A stretch of DNA of 64,000 nucleotides from Dehalococcoidia bacterium (GTDB lineage: Bacteria > Chloroflexota > Dehalococcoidia > UBA2979): positions 864,001 to 928,000 of the forward strand of contig OZ244720.1 in NCBI GenBank assembly GCA_965219085.1. Reading direction: 5' to 3'. The position numbers and the translations under genes are program-made. The notes under the pieces are model-generated. The model was not told where the DNA came from, searched no databases, and saw nothing but the letters and a program-made list of their open reading frames with translations. Below are positions 25,651-34,787 of the stretch, piece by piece. How positions within the stretch are numbered: position 1 is the stretch's first letter; each line of letters begins with the position of its first letter.

Positions 25651-25776
25651 CTGGGCGACCTCCGGTTTGTTTCGACGGGCTCACGGCCATTCGTTCGGGT
25701 GATGTCGGGTGGGAGTGTAGGTTCTGCAATGAACGGGCCGTGCCGCTCGACGCGAGCGCTGAGCCGGTGCTTACGG

Positions 25777-26748
25777 CTAGAACTCGCCCTCCCTGACCGG
25801 TCGGGCTGGGAGGGCGACGACCACCGGCGTCACCGGCTCGTTGCCGGGGACGACCCCATCCCCCACCTTGAGGCTCCTCGCTGCCACGCTGTCCATGCCC
25901 GCGAGCTTCGCGGCGCCGGTCAGGGCTTCCACGTCGCCGCCGTAGTACTCGAACCACGGTAGCCCGGCCGCCGAGTAGTCCTGCGCGCTCACCGGTTCGT
26001 GGGGAGGCTCGCCGCCGGTCACGCCGAGGAACTGGACGCTGTTCAGGATGTGTACGAAGCAGCGGGACCGCACCGACGTCTCCCACGCATCGAAACCGTA
26101 GGGGTCTTCGTAGACCTCCTGGCGCATCAGGCCGCCCGGAGCGAGACTCATCTCGCCGTCCGGGACGGGAGCAAGAGCCAGGACTTCCTCCTCGACGCGG
26201 CGTTCCAGCGCGAGGGCCTCGTAGCTCGACACCTTCATCGGATGGACGGCGATCTGCAGGCCGCCGTGCTGTGCCTCGCCGGTGAGCTGCTCCTCGGCGG
26301 AGTACCCCGCGCCCAGGGGCATCGCCACGAATTGCCGCACCAGTCCTTGCTCGACGCAGAAGCCGTCCAGCCACGGCTGCTCGGGGACCACGAGGTAGTC
26401 CTGCGGCGAATCGGAGAGCTCGTTCGTCCACGGGTCCCCCGTCAGTGCGTTGATCTTCCCGGCCGCCACCTTCACGGCCATCGGGTAGCTCCCGGTGAAG
26501 CTGAGCCACATCGCCTCGGCCTGGTACATCGGGAGAAACACCCCGCCGCGCGCCGCCCACTCCGCGGGCAGTCGCTCCAGGTAGTCGTCGACGTGGCTGA
26601 GCGGGAACGCCCCCGGGCCCTGCGGCAGGGGATAGTCGCGGTTGTCGTCGGGGATGCGCAGTGTGCGCTGGAACTCGACCTCCAGCACGGCGTCGTCATG
26701 GACCTCGGGGAACCGGAATATCAGACGGTTGTGCTGGTGCTCGATCAC
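25777..26748 (-). CDS. Conserved uncharacterised protein (FQRTLRIPDD / QPWLDG / QFVAMPLG family)
   Basis: Distinctive conserved motifs. AAGGAG RBS before GTG 26748. Co-directional with the phosphatase-ARH gene. Confidence 0.8.
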   Translation of the reverse strand: MIEHQHNRLIFRFPEVHDDAVLEVEFQRTLRIPDDNRDYPLPQGPGAFPLSHVDDYLERLPAEWAARGGVFLPMYQAEAMWLSFTGSYPMAVKVAAGKINALTGDPWTNELSDSPQDYLVVPEQPWLDGFCVEQGLVRQFVAMPLGAGYSAEEQLTGEAQHGGLQIAVHPMKVSSYEALALERRVEEEVLALAPVPDGEMSLAPGGLMRQEVYEDPYGFDAWETSVRSRCFVHILNSVQFLGVTGGEPPHEPVSAQDYSAAGLPWFEYYGGDVEALTGAAKLAGMDSVAARSLKVGDGVVPGNEPVTPVVVALPARPVREGEF

Positions 26749-26769
26749 AGATGTCTCCTTCTCGTGGTG

Positions 26770-27758
26770 GTTGCTTCCTGCCAGCCGGAGGGCGTCTCGA
26801 CCCGCCGCGTCGACGACCTCGTGCGCTCGCTCGGCTGTGAGGGCATCTCGAAAAGAGCCAGGTCTCGAGGATCTGCGCAGAGCTCGACACGGTCGTCGCG
26901 AGCTTCCTCGGCCGGCCGCTCGACGGCGGTCCCTACCCCTACCTGTGGCTCGACGCGCTCACGCAGCGGGTGCGCGAGGAGGGCCGCATCGCTCAGGTCA
27001 GCCCTGCGGGGTATCCCCGCGTACGCGGGAAGGGTGGTCGCCACCGCGGTCAACGCCGAGGGCAAGCGCGAGGTGCTGGGCATCGACGTCGGCACCAGCG
27101 AGGACGGGGCGTTCTGGCTAGCGTTTCTGCGCGGGCTCGTGGCACGAGGGCTCTCCGGTGTGGAGTTGGTGACCTCCGACGCCCTCAGGGCCTCAAGGAG
27201 GCGATCGCGACTGTCTTCGGCGGCGCCTCGTGGCAGCGCTGCCGCACGCACTTCATGAGGAATCTGCTGACGCGCGTGCCGAAGAGCGCCGAGGCGCTGG
27301 TGGCGACGACGGTGCGCACGATCTATCAGCAGCCGTCGGCGGAGGCGGTGCACGCCCAGCACGCCCGGGTGGTGGAGCAGCTGGACGCGCGCTTCCCCGA
27401 TGCCGCGGTCATGCTCGCCGACGCGGCCGCGGAGATACTGGCGTTCACGGCCTTCCCGGTCGCGCACTGGAAACAGGTCTGGTCGAACAACCCGCTGGAG
27501 CGGCTCAACAAGGAAATCCGCCGGCGCACCAACGTGGTCGGCATCTTCCCCAACCGCGCCGCGGTGGTCCGGCTGGTCGGCGCCGTGCTCGCCGAGCAGC
27601 ACGACGAGTGGGCGGTCGCGAGGCGCTACATGACGATGGTGACGCTGCTGCCCCCGCCGGGGCTCACGGCCGCGTCAGGCGAGGAGGTGCTGCTGCAGGC
27701 TGCCAGCTAGCAATTGATAAGGATGGTGCACTGTGACACCACCTTGCGGGACGTGACC
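26770..27758 (+). mobile_element. IS256-family remnant (5'-truncated, frameshifted mutator transposase)
   Basis: EGVSTRRVDDLV, YPYLWLDA, GKREVLG, WQRCRTHF, SNNPLERLNKEIRRR in different frames. IS256-like right end ...ACACCACCTTGCGGGACGTGACC. Confidence 0.85.
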
Positions 27759-27895
27759 GGCGCATCCTCGCCCGCGCCCACCAGATGGCATGAGGGCCGG
27801 TCTCCTCCTCAAGGGGGGATACTCGCCCCCGAAACAGCGGCCTCGATGGGCCAGAACGGCTCTCTGCGGAGCCTTGACGAGGTAGGAGACCGGCC

Positions 27896-28984
27896 ATGCA
27901 GCAGGATATCGCAACGACGCGGAGCATCGAGGGCAGGGATGGGCCTGCGTTCACCGTCGGCCTCGACGTAGGAGACCGCTACATCCACGTCTGCGTCCTC
28001 GGCAGCGGCGGCGAGGTGGTGCGCGAGCGGCGCGTCCGCACCACGGCGGCGGCGCTCGGCGGCGCACTGGAGGACCTTCCGCCGGCGCGGGTCGTGCTCG
28101 AGGCGGGGCCGCGCTCGCCGTGGCTGAGCCGCGTCGTGGCGGATCTCGGCCACGAGGCGGTCGTCGCCAACCCTCGCCAGGTCGCGCTGATCGCCCGCAG
28201 CCAGCGCAAGACCGACCGCCTCGACGCCGCATGGCTGGCGCGGCTGGGGCGCTTCGACCCGGAGTTGCTCGCCCCGATCCGCCACCGCAGCGAGCAGAGC
28301 CAGCATGACCTCGCCGTGGTGCGCGCCCGCGACGCGCTGGTGCGCTCGCGCACGCTGCTCATCAACCACATGCGCGGGGCCGTCAAGGCCTGCGGCGCCG
28401 CGCTGCCGTCGTGCACGGCCGAGGCCTTCCACCGCAAGGCGGCGGAGCACATCCCCGATGGGCTGCGCCCGGCGCTGCTGCCGCTGGTGGAGGCGATCGG
28501 CGAGCTGACCGCGCGTATCGCGGCGGCCGGGCGGGAGGTCGAGGCGTTGTGCGAGGCCCACCCCGAGACCGCGGCGCTGCGCCAGGTCACCGGCGTGGGG
28601 CCGATCACCGCGCTCACGTTCGTGCTGACGATCGAGAACCCGGGGCGCTTCCCGAAGAACCGGGAGGTGGGGGCCTACCTCGGGCTCGTACCGCGGCAGC
28701 GCGAGTCTGGAGAGCGCGCGCCACAGCTCCGGATCAGCAAGAGCGGCGACGCGGGCTTGCGGCGGCTGCTGGTGCAGGCCGCGCACTACATCCTCGGTGC
28801 CTTCGGACCCGATACCGACCTGCGCCGCTGGGGTGAGCGCTACGCGGGAACAGGGGCGGGCAACGCGAAGAAGCGCGCGGTTGTGGCTGTCGCACGACGG
28901 CTGGCGGTGCTGCTGCTCGCGCTGTGGAAGACAGGGGAGTTCTACGAGCCGCTGCGCCACGCCGTGGCCCGCGAGGCCGCGTAG
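27896..28984 (+). CDS. IS110-family DEDD recombinase/transposase (intact)
   Basis: VGLDVG, VVLEAG, KTDRLDA, GVGPITA, YLGLVPRQRESG, ISKSGD..LRRLL. AGGAG RBS. Confidence 0.95.
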   Translation: MQQDIATTRSIEGRDGPAFTVGLDVGDRYIHVCVLGSGGEVVRERRVRTTAAALGGALEDLPPARVVLEAGPRSPWLSRVVADLGHEAVVANPRQVALIARSQRKTDRLDAAWLARLGRFDPELLAPIRHRSEQSQHDLAVVRARDALVRSRTLLINHMRGAVKACGAALPSCTAEAFHRKAAEHIPDGLRPALLPLVEAIGELTARIAAAGREVEALCEAHPETAALRQVTGVGPITALTFVLTIENPGRFPKNREVGAYLGLVPRQRESGERAPQLRISKSGDAGLRRLLVQAAHYILGAFGPDTDLRRWGERYAGTGAGNAKKRAVVAVARRLAVLLLALWKTGEFYEPLRHAVAREAA

Positions 28985-29059
28985 CGGGGAGGCGCCGCCG
29001 CCGCCGGCGCAGCAGACCCGGAGATCAGGAAGGAAGACCCGATCGCGAACGAAGCCACG

Positions 29060-29212
29060 CACGTGATGCCGAACACGGGCGACTGCGGCCGAGCTGCTGT
29101 CCCATCGAGGACGTCCACCAGCTGGCAGCGCCCCCTGGAAGCAGGATGTGCCTTCATGCACCGGGCCCGATGCGCGGCCCACAGACGAGTGCGGATAGAA
29201 GCTCGGCACAGG
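29060..29212 (+). ncRNA. Predicted bridge/seek RNA of the IS1111-type element
   Basis: Two internal loops closed by stems. Loop 1 strands CGAGCTGCTG (29090-99) and CCACCAGC (29115-22) match both strands of the target. Loop 2 strands TGCCTTC (29149-55) and ATAGAAG (29195-201) match the donor junction. Boundaries approximate. Confidence 0.8.
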
Positions 29213-29243
29213 CTCCTCTGTTCGGAGATAACGCGCAGGCGCG

Positions 29244-29397
29244 AGGTGGATGAGGCGCCACGCCGCCCGGGCAGGGAGGCCGCCACGTCGGCCTTGCAGA
29301 TCAGACCGTCCCTCATAGAAGGTGGATGAGGCGCCACGCCGCCCGGGCAGGGAGGCCGCCACGTCGGCCTTGCAGATCAGACCGTCCCTCATAGAAG
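29244..29397 (+). repeat. Perfect 76-bp tandem duplication of the IS right end
   Basis: AGGTGGATGAGGCGCC...CCGTCCCTCATAGA starts at 29244 and again at 29320. Confidence 0.95.
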
Positions 29398-30631
29398 CAG
29401 CTCGTCCGGGACCGCACCCGCCAGACCAAATCTGTACGTGGGTGATGACTGGGCCGAGGAGCACCACGATGTCCACCTCATGAACGAAGTGGGCGGACAG
29501 CTTGCTGCCAGGCAGTTGCCGGAGGGGGTTCGGGGCGTTACCGCGCTGCACGAACTGCTCGCGCAGCATGCATCAGAACCGGGCGAGGTCGTCATCGGTA
29601 TCGAGACCGACCGTGGGCCGTGGGTGTCCTCATTGCTCGCCGCCGGCTACCGCGTCTACGCAGTCAACCCGCGCTCAGTGGCCCGCTATCGCGACCGTCA
29701 CCACGTCGGCGGCGCGAAGTCCGATGCCGGCGACACGAAGCTCTTGGCCGACCTGGTACGCACGGACCGTCACAACCACCGCGAGGTCGCCGGCGACACC
29801 GACGAGGCTGCGGCTGTGCGCATCCTCGCACGCGCCCACCAGCAGTTTATTTGGGACCGCACGCGACAAACCAATCGGCTCCGCAACGGGCTCCGAGAGT
29901 ATTTCCCGGCGGCCCTGGAGGCCTTCCACGACCTCGCTCACGGCGACGCGGTGGGCGTGCTGGCAACGGCCCCGGACCCGCGCGCGGCGGCGCGGCTGAC
30001 CATGCCGCAGATCCGGGCCGCCCTCCGTCGAGGTGGCCGCCAGCGGTACATCGACCGCCGCGCCACCGAGATCCGCGACGCGCTGCGATCCCCGCAGCTC
30101 GAGGTGGCGCCCGTGGTGAGCAGTGCGTTCGCCGCGACCACCAGCGCGGTGGTAGGCCAGATCGGCCAGATCAATCATCGGATTAAGGAACTCGAGGCTG
30201 AACTGGCGAGCCATTTTGAGCAGCACCCGGACGCCACGATCTACCGCTCCATGCCCGGACTCGGTGTCGTGCTCGGCGCCCGGGTGCTCGGCGAGTTCGG
30301 GGATGACCCCGAACGCTACGAGTCGGCGAAGTCCGCAGGAACTACGCCGGCACCTCGCCGCTCACCGTAGCATCGGGGCGCAAGCGCACCGTGAAGGCCC
30401 GCTTCATCCGCAACCGGCGGCTCTCCGACGCCGCCAACCACTGGGCGATGTGCTCGCTGCGCGCGAGCCCGGCTTGCCGCGAGTTCTACGACCCGCGGCG
30501 CGCCGCCGGCGACCTGCACCACCAGGCGCTGCGTGCCCTCGGCAACCGCCTCGTCGGCTACCTCCATGGCTGCCTCAGGAATTGCACCCTCTACGACGAG
30601 GCCATCGCCTGGGCCCACCGTTCGGCTCTAG

Positions 30632-31924
30632 CAGGGTGCTGAAGAAGCGCCTTCCGGGGTCTCGGAGTGGCGAGAGGCGGCTTGAAGCCGCCTCCGGCTT
30701 CGTGATGGTGGCCTCCTGACCTGCCCCCGGGGGCCTCTGAGGGCTCCCGGACCGGCCGGAGGGCGCACTGCGCCTACGCAGGGGCGAGTTCGAGCCTGGC
30801 CATGCGCACGAGGTTGTAGGCGGCGGCGGTGAGCTCCAGCCAGCCGCGGTTGCGCTCGCGGCCCACGAAACGCAGCTTGCGCCCGCCGCCCACGGTCTTC
30901 ATCCAGCCGAAGACCTGCTCCACGATCTTGCGCCGCTGCTGACTCTGCCTGTAGCCGCGATGCCGCGTGGTGCGCCCGTCCACGGCGCTGCGGCGGCCGC
31001 GGTCGTTTTGCGCCACGTGCGGCGTCACGCCGCGCGCGCGCAGTTCCGCCACGAAGTCGCGCGTGTCGTAGCCGCGGTCGGCGCCCAGCGTCCCGCAGCC
31101 GCTCACGCTGCGCTCCAGCATCGTGACCGCGGCCTCGCGCTCGGCGTACCCGTTCGCCTCGGTCAACTCCACGTCCAGCACCAGGCCGTGACGGTTCTCG
31201 GTGAGCAGATGGCCCATGTAGCTCAGTTTCGCCGTCTGCCCCGCTCCCTTTGTGTACAGCTGCGCCTGCGGGTCGGTGCCGGAGCTATGCGTATCGCGGC
31301 TGCGCCGCCGCCCGCGGAAGTCCACGTCCGGGTTGCGTCCGCCCGGGGGTGGCTCCTGCCCGTCGCGCGGGCGGTAGCTCTTGAGCGAGGCCCAGGCCTC
31401 CAGCAGCGTCCCGTCCACGGTGAAGTGCTCGGCGGAGAGCAGCCGGCGGCGCTTTGCCTCGGCCACCACCTCGGCGAAGAAGGCGCGCGCGACATCGGCT
31501 GCGAGCAGGCGCTCGCGGTTCTTCGAGAAGCTCGAGGCGTCGAACGGCGCGTCTGAGATGTTGAGGTCCAAGAACCACTTGAAGAGCAGGTCGTAGCGCA
31601 GCCGCTCGCAGAACTGGCGCTCGCTGCGGATCGAGTAGAGCGCGATCAGCAGGCTCGCCTTGAGCAGGTGCTCGGGCGGGATCGAGGGCCGCCCGCTCGT
31701 TGCGTACATCGTGCCGAAGAGCGGCGAGAGCCGCTGCAGCGCTGCATCGACGATCGGCTTGATGCGTCGGATCGGGTGGTCGTCCGGGATGAAGGAGTCC
31801 GGCGTCACCGCCAGCAACATGTTGGTCTGGCGCTCGGCGTCGCCTCGCACGGGGCTGCCTCCCAGGCTACGCCCCCGCCGCCTTCGCTATCCTGCCAGAT
31901 GGCCGCGCCTTTTTCAGCACCCTG
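30632..31924 (-). mobile_element. IS5-family element, copy 2 (1293 bp, inverted relative to copy 1)
   Basis: Same IRs. CTAG at 30628-30631 and 31925-31928. Confidence 0.95.
30774..31850 (-). CDS. IS5-family transposase
   Basis: Protein identical to 11789-12865 in the ORF track. Confidence 0.95.
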   Translation of the reverse strand: MRGDAERQTNMLLAVTPDSFIPDDHPIRRIKPIVDAALQRLSPLFGTMYATSGRPSIPPEHLLKASLLIALYSIRSERQFCERLRYDLLFKWFLDLNISDAPFDASSFSKNRERLLAADVARAFFAEVVAEAKRRRLLSAEHFTVDGTLLEAWASLKSYRPRDGQEPPPGGRNPDVDFRGRRRSRDTHSSGTDPQAQLYTKGAGQTAKLSYMGHLLTENRHGLVLDVELTEANGYAEREAAVTMLERSVSGCGTLGADRGYDTRDFVAELRARGVTPHVAQNDRGRRSAVDGRTTRHRGYRQSQQRRKIVEQVFGWMKTVGGGRKLRFVGRERNRGWLELTAAAYNLVRMARLELAPA

Positions 31925-31967
31925 CTAGAACAACCCGCCGCTTGACGGCTTAGGACCATGGGATGTC

Positions 31968-32104
31968 TACGCCCGCCCCTACTGCTCCAATGCCGAACGT
32001 CTGCACCAGCTCCCGCGCTGGCTCTACCGCTACAATGCTCGCCGACCGCACGGCGGCATTGGCGGGGCCGTCCCCGCCTCACGCCTGTAAACAACCTAAC
32101 TACA
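31968..32104 (+). mobile_element. IS481-family 3' remnant
   Basis: Reads YARPYCSNAERLHQLPRWLYRYNARRPHGGIGGAVPASRL* (stop 32088-90), then an end in ...AACAACCTAACTACA. Confidence 0.75.
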
Positions 32105-32554
32105 GCTGTAGCCGCGCAGTCCTGACCTCTCCCGAGACGCCAACGCACGCAGCTCGGGCCAAGAGCCCACCTGTGAGCGCCTGGAGTTGCGCGGGTGCGC
32201 GCGCGCCGAGCGACGAACCGGCGGCGGACAGCGACAGCGAGCGGGGGTCAGCAGCCGCACGCACGCGCCATCGCGACCTCGCTCGGCTGCCACTTGAGGA
32301 CCGCCATCGCGCGCTCGGCGACACCCTCATCATCGTCGACGCGGACGAAACGGAGGCCTGGGACACGATCGCGGACGAACTGGACTGGCGGGCCTCGGGC
32401 GGCAAGCGCTCGTGCCAATTCAAGCCTCGTCGGTCGGCGCTCAACGCTACACTCGTGCCCCGGGAGATCGAGGGCACCTCGCGCACGCGCTGATTCAGCG
32501 TGGGGAACACGGGCCCATTACCGTCTCGCGCGATCCGCGCAGAAGTCAACCGCA

Positions 32555-32962
32555 CCAGGATCCGGCGGACGGTCCAACTGCTCACGTCCAGGCCCTCGTG
32601 CTCCCAGAGCAGCTCGGCGAGGTGGGTGTGGTTCGCTCCCGGGTAGCGGGTGGTGGCGAAGCGCACCACGGCCGAGGCGACGCCGGCCGGGACGGCGTTG
32701 TGCGGACGGCGCCCGCGGTCGCCGTGCTCCAGCGACGCGGGTCCGCGCGCGCGGTAGGCGGCGAGGAGCCGCCACGCGTGTCGCTCGCTGATGCCCAGGA
32801 ACTCGGCGGCCTGCGAGGCCTGCAGATCTCCGGCCATCACCCTGTCGAGTACGTAGCGTCGTGGTGCTTCGGACTGCTGCACTGTCACCCCCCTGCTCGC
32901 TGGCTGGGGACTGACAGATTCGCTGCTCCGTTAGCTACTGACGGAATCGCTGACCGTCGACA
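32555..32962 (-). mobile_element. ISNCY (IS1202-like) left end and N-terminal transposase fragment
   Basis: QAAEFLGISERHAWRLLAAYRARG...HGDRGRRPHN...HLAELL..TVRRIL. TGT terminus at 32962 with repeated ACTGAC(A/G)GA(T/A)TCGCTG motifs at 32910 and 32937. Confidence 0.75.
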
Positions 32963-33620
32963 CAAGCGGCGCTCGGATAATGATCCCCCGTGGGGACGTG
33001 TCCCAGCATTTCCGGCGGCGGGGCCGCGGAAGGTTGGGGGAGGGGATGCTCCGAGTGGAAGACGTGTATGTGGTACGGCACAAGGTGCTGGTCGAAGGCC
33101 TGAGCCGGCGGCAGGCCACCCGGGCGATGGGGACCAGCCGCAACACCGTCCGCAGCTACCTGACGCTGGCCGAGCTGGTGCGGGTCGCCCTCGACCTGCG
33201 GCGGAAGCCGGTCCTCGAACGGGTTCAGCCGCGCCTCGAGGCGCGGCTGGAGGAGTGGTCGGGGCGCACGACGGCGAAGCAGCGGCTGACGGCGACGAGG
33301 CTGCACCGCCAGTTGCGCGAGGGGGCTACGAGGTCCGGGACACGCTGGTGCGGGACTACCTGCGCCAGTGCCGACGCCAGCGTGCCGAGGTGTTCGACAA
33401 CCTCAAGCCGGCGGTGCGGACGGCCGCTGCTGCGCCCCGAGCCCGGTGCCCCGTTCGAGGCGCGGCGGGTACGGGCGGTCTCGGTGAGCGGCAGCGCGCT
33501 GGTGCGCGTCGAGGGGGCCCGGTACTCGGCGCCGAGCCGCTGGGCGGGCCTGCGGGCGACGGCGCTGATCGGCACCGACGAGCTGACGCTGCGCTGCCGC
33601 GGCGAGGAGGTCGCGCACCC
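32963..33620 (+). mobile_element. IS21-family IstA remnant with internal deletions
   Basis: MLRVEDVYVVRHKVLVEGLSRRQ...SRNTVRSYL (ATG 33046), KQRLTATRLH, FDNLKPAV, VRVEGARYSAP. Confidence 0.8.
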
Positions 33621-33657
33621 CCCGGTAGCCCTTCGGCGGCCGCCGGGTGGACTAACC

Positions 33658-34779
33658 TGTCCTATCACCGAGTCAAGGCGACAGGTGCCGGCCTTCTGAA
33701 ATAGGGGCCAGGCGGTACATCCTGCTGTGTGTTGCAGCACAGGAAGGATCTCCGCCATGACCCCCGAAGACGTACTGTACCGCCAGCGACTGCGCACGTT
33801 CGCGCTCGCCGAGGAGCTCGGCAGCGTCCGGGCCGCCTGCCGGGTGATGGGCATCCACCACTCGACGTTCTATCGCTGGAAGGCCCAGGCCGAGCGCTAC
33901 GGCCTGGAGCTGCCGCGGCCCCGCGAGCGCCGCCAGCCGCGCATGCCCAACGCCACCAGTCCGCTCGTCGAGCAGCGCGTCGTGGCCTTCGCCCTCGGCC
34001 AGCCCGGCTTCGGACCTGCGCGCATCGCCGCCGAGTTGGCGCGGCCCAAGTGGGGCGGCATCCGGCTCTCCCACAACGGGGTCTGGCGCATCCTCAAGCG
34101 CCACGCCTCAACACCCGCCGCAAGCGCCTCGGCCTCGTCGCCGGCTACGCAGCTCCTCCCGAGCCAACACCCCCCGAACCGCAGCCCGAGCGCCACCTGG
34201 AGGCCTCCAGGCCCGGAGAACTGGTGCAGTTCGACTGTTTCCACGTCGGACGGCTCTCCGGCGCCAGGGGCACCGTCTGGCAGTACACGGCCATCGACGT
34301 CGCCTCCGCCTACACCTGGGCTGAGCTGCACACCACCCCGCGCAACCCGTCGGCGAAGTGGACCTCGCACCTCGCCCGCCGCGTTGCCGCCGGCCTCGCC
34401 GCCCGCGGCTGGGAGCTCGAGACCGTGATGACCGACAACGGATCAGAGTTCCGTTCGCATGTCTTCGGCGAGACGGTCGCCGCCCGCGGCGCCCGCCAGC
34501 GCTTCATCCACGCCGGCAGGCCCCAGACCAACGGCTGCGTCGAGCGGGTGCAGGGCACGATCCTCGAGGAGTGCTGGAAGCCGTCCTTCGCGCGCCACCT
34601 CATCCCGAAGCAGACAGGTCTCCGCAACGACCTCGTGCGCTACCTGGACTACTACAACACCGACCGCGCCCACACCGGCCGCTGGACGCGCGGCCGCACC
34701 CCCGAGAGCGTGATCGGCAAGGCCAAGCTATGGTCGTGACGCACAGCCCGATGTGTCGGCAGATCCCGGTGACAGGACA
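33658..34779 (+). mobile_element. IS481-family element (1122 bp); transposase 33757-34739 with one frameshift near 34105
   Basis: IR TGTCCTATCACCG / CGGTGACAGGACA. 8-bp direct repeat GACTAACC at 33650-57 and 34780-87. PGELVQFD, MTDNGSEF, PQTNGCVER. Confidence 0.9.
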
Positions 34780-34787
34780 GACTAACC

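Larger units (their letters stand above)
27785..29397 (+). mobile_element. IS110-family, IS1111-type element with long 3' non-coding region and duplicated right end
   Basis: Sub-terminal IR ATGAGGGCCGGTCT (27790-27803) versus AGACCGTCCCTCAT (29303-29316 and 29379-29392). AG core at both junctions. The flanks rejoin into a continuous reading frame. Confidence 0.9.
29432..31968 (+). pseudogene. Second IS110-family transposase (GDDWAE subgroup): start lost, frameshift near 30335, interrupted by IS5 copy 2
   Basis: YVGDDWAEEHHD, IGIETDRG, KSDAGD, PGLGVVLGARVLGEFGDD, RNYAGTSPLTVASG (shifted frame). With the IS5 removed it ends AWAHRSALEQPAA* (stop 31943-45). Right end ...CCATGGGATGTCT. Confidence 0.85.

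Noticed and set aside
11715-31924. Composite transposon or past inversion bounded by the two IS5 copies
   Set aside because: Each empty site separately restores an interrupted gene (PIN ...DLVKGVNSGS*, IS110 ...SALEQPAA*), so the insertions were independent and the segment is in its original orientation.
32195-32493. Antitoxin-like fragment (RHRDLARLPLEDRHRALG...EAWDTIADE)
   Set aside because: No clear start, partner or family motif, and it lies in IS debris.
32498-32510. GCGTGGGGAACAC, half of a type I-E CRISPR repeat
   Set aside because: Only 13 bp, no second repeat at spacer distance and no cas genes in the window.
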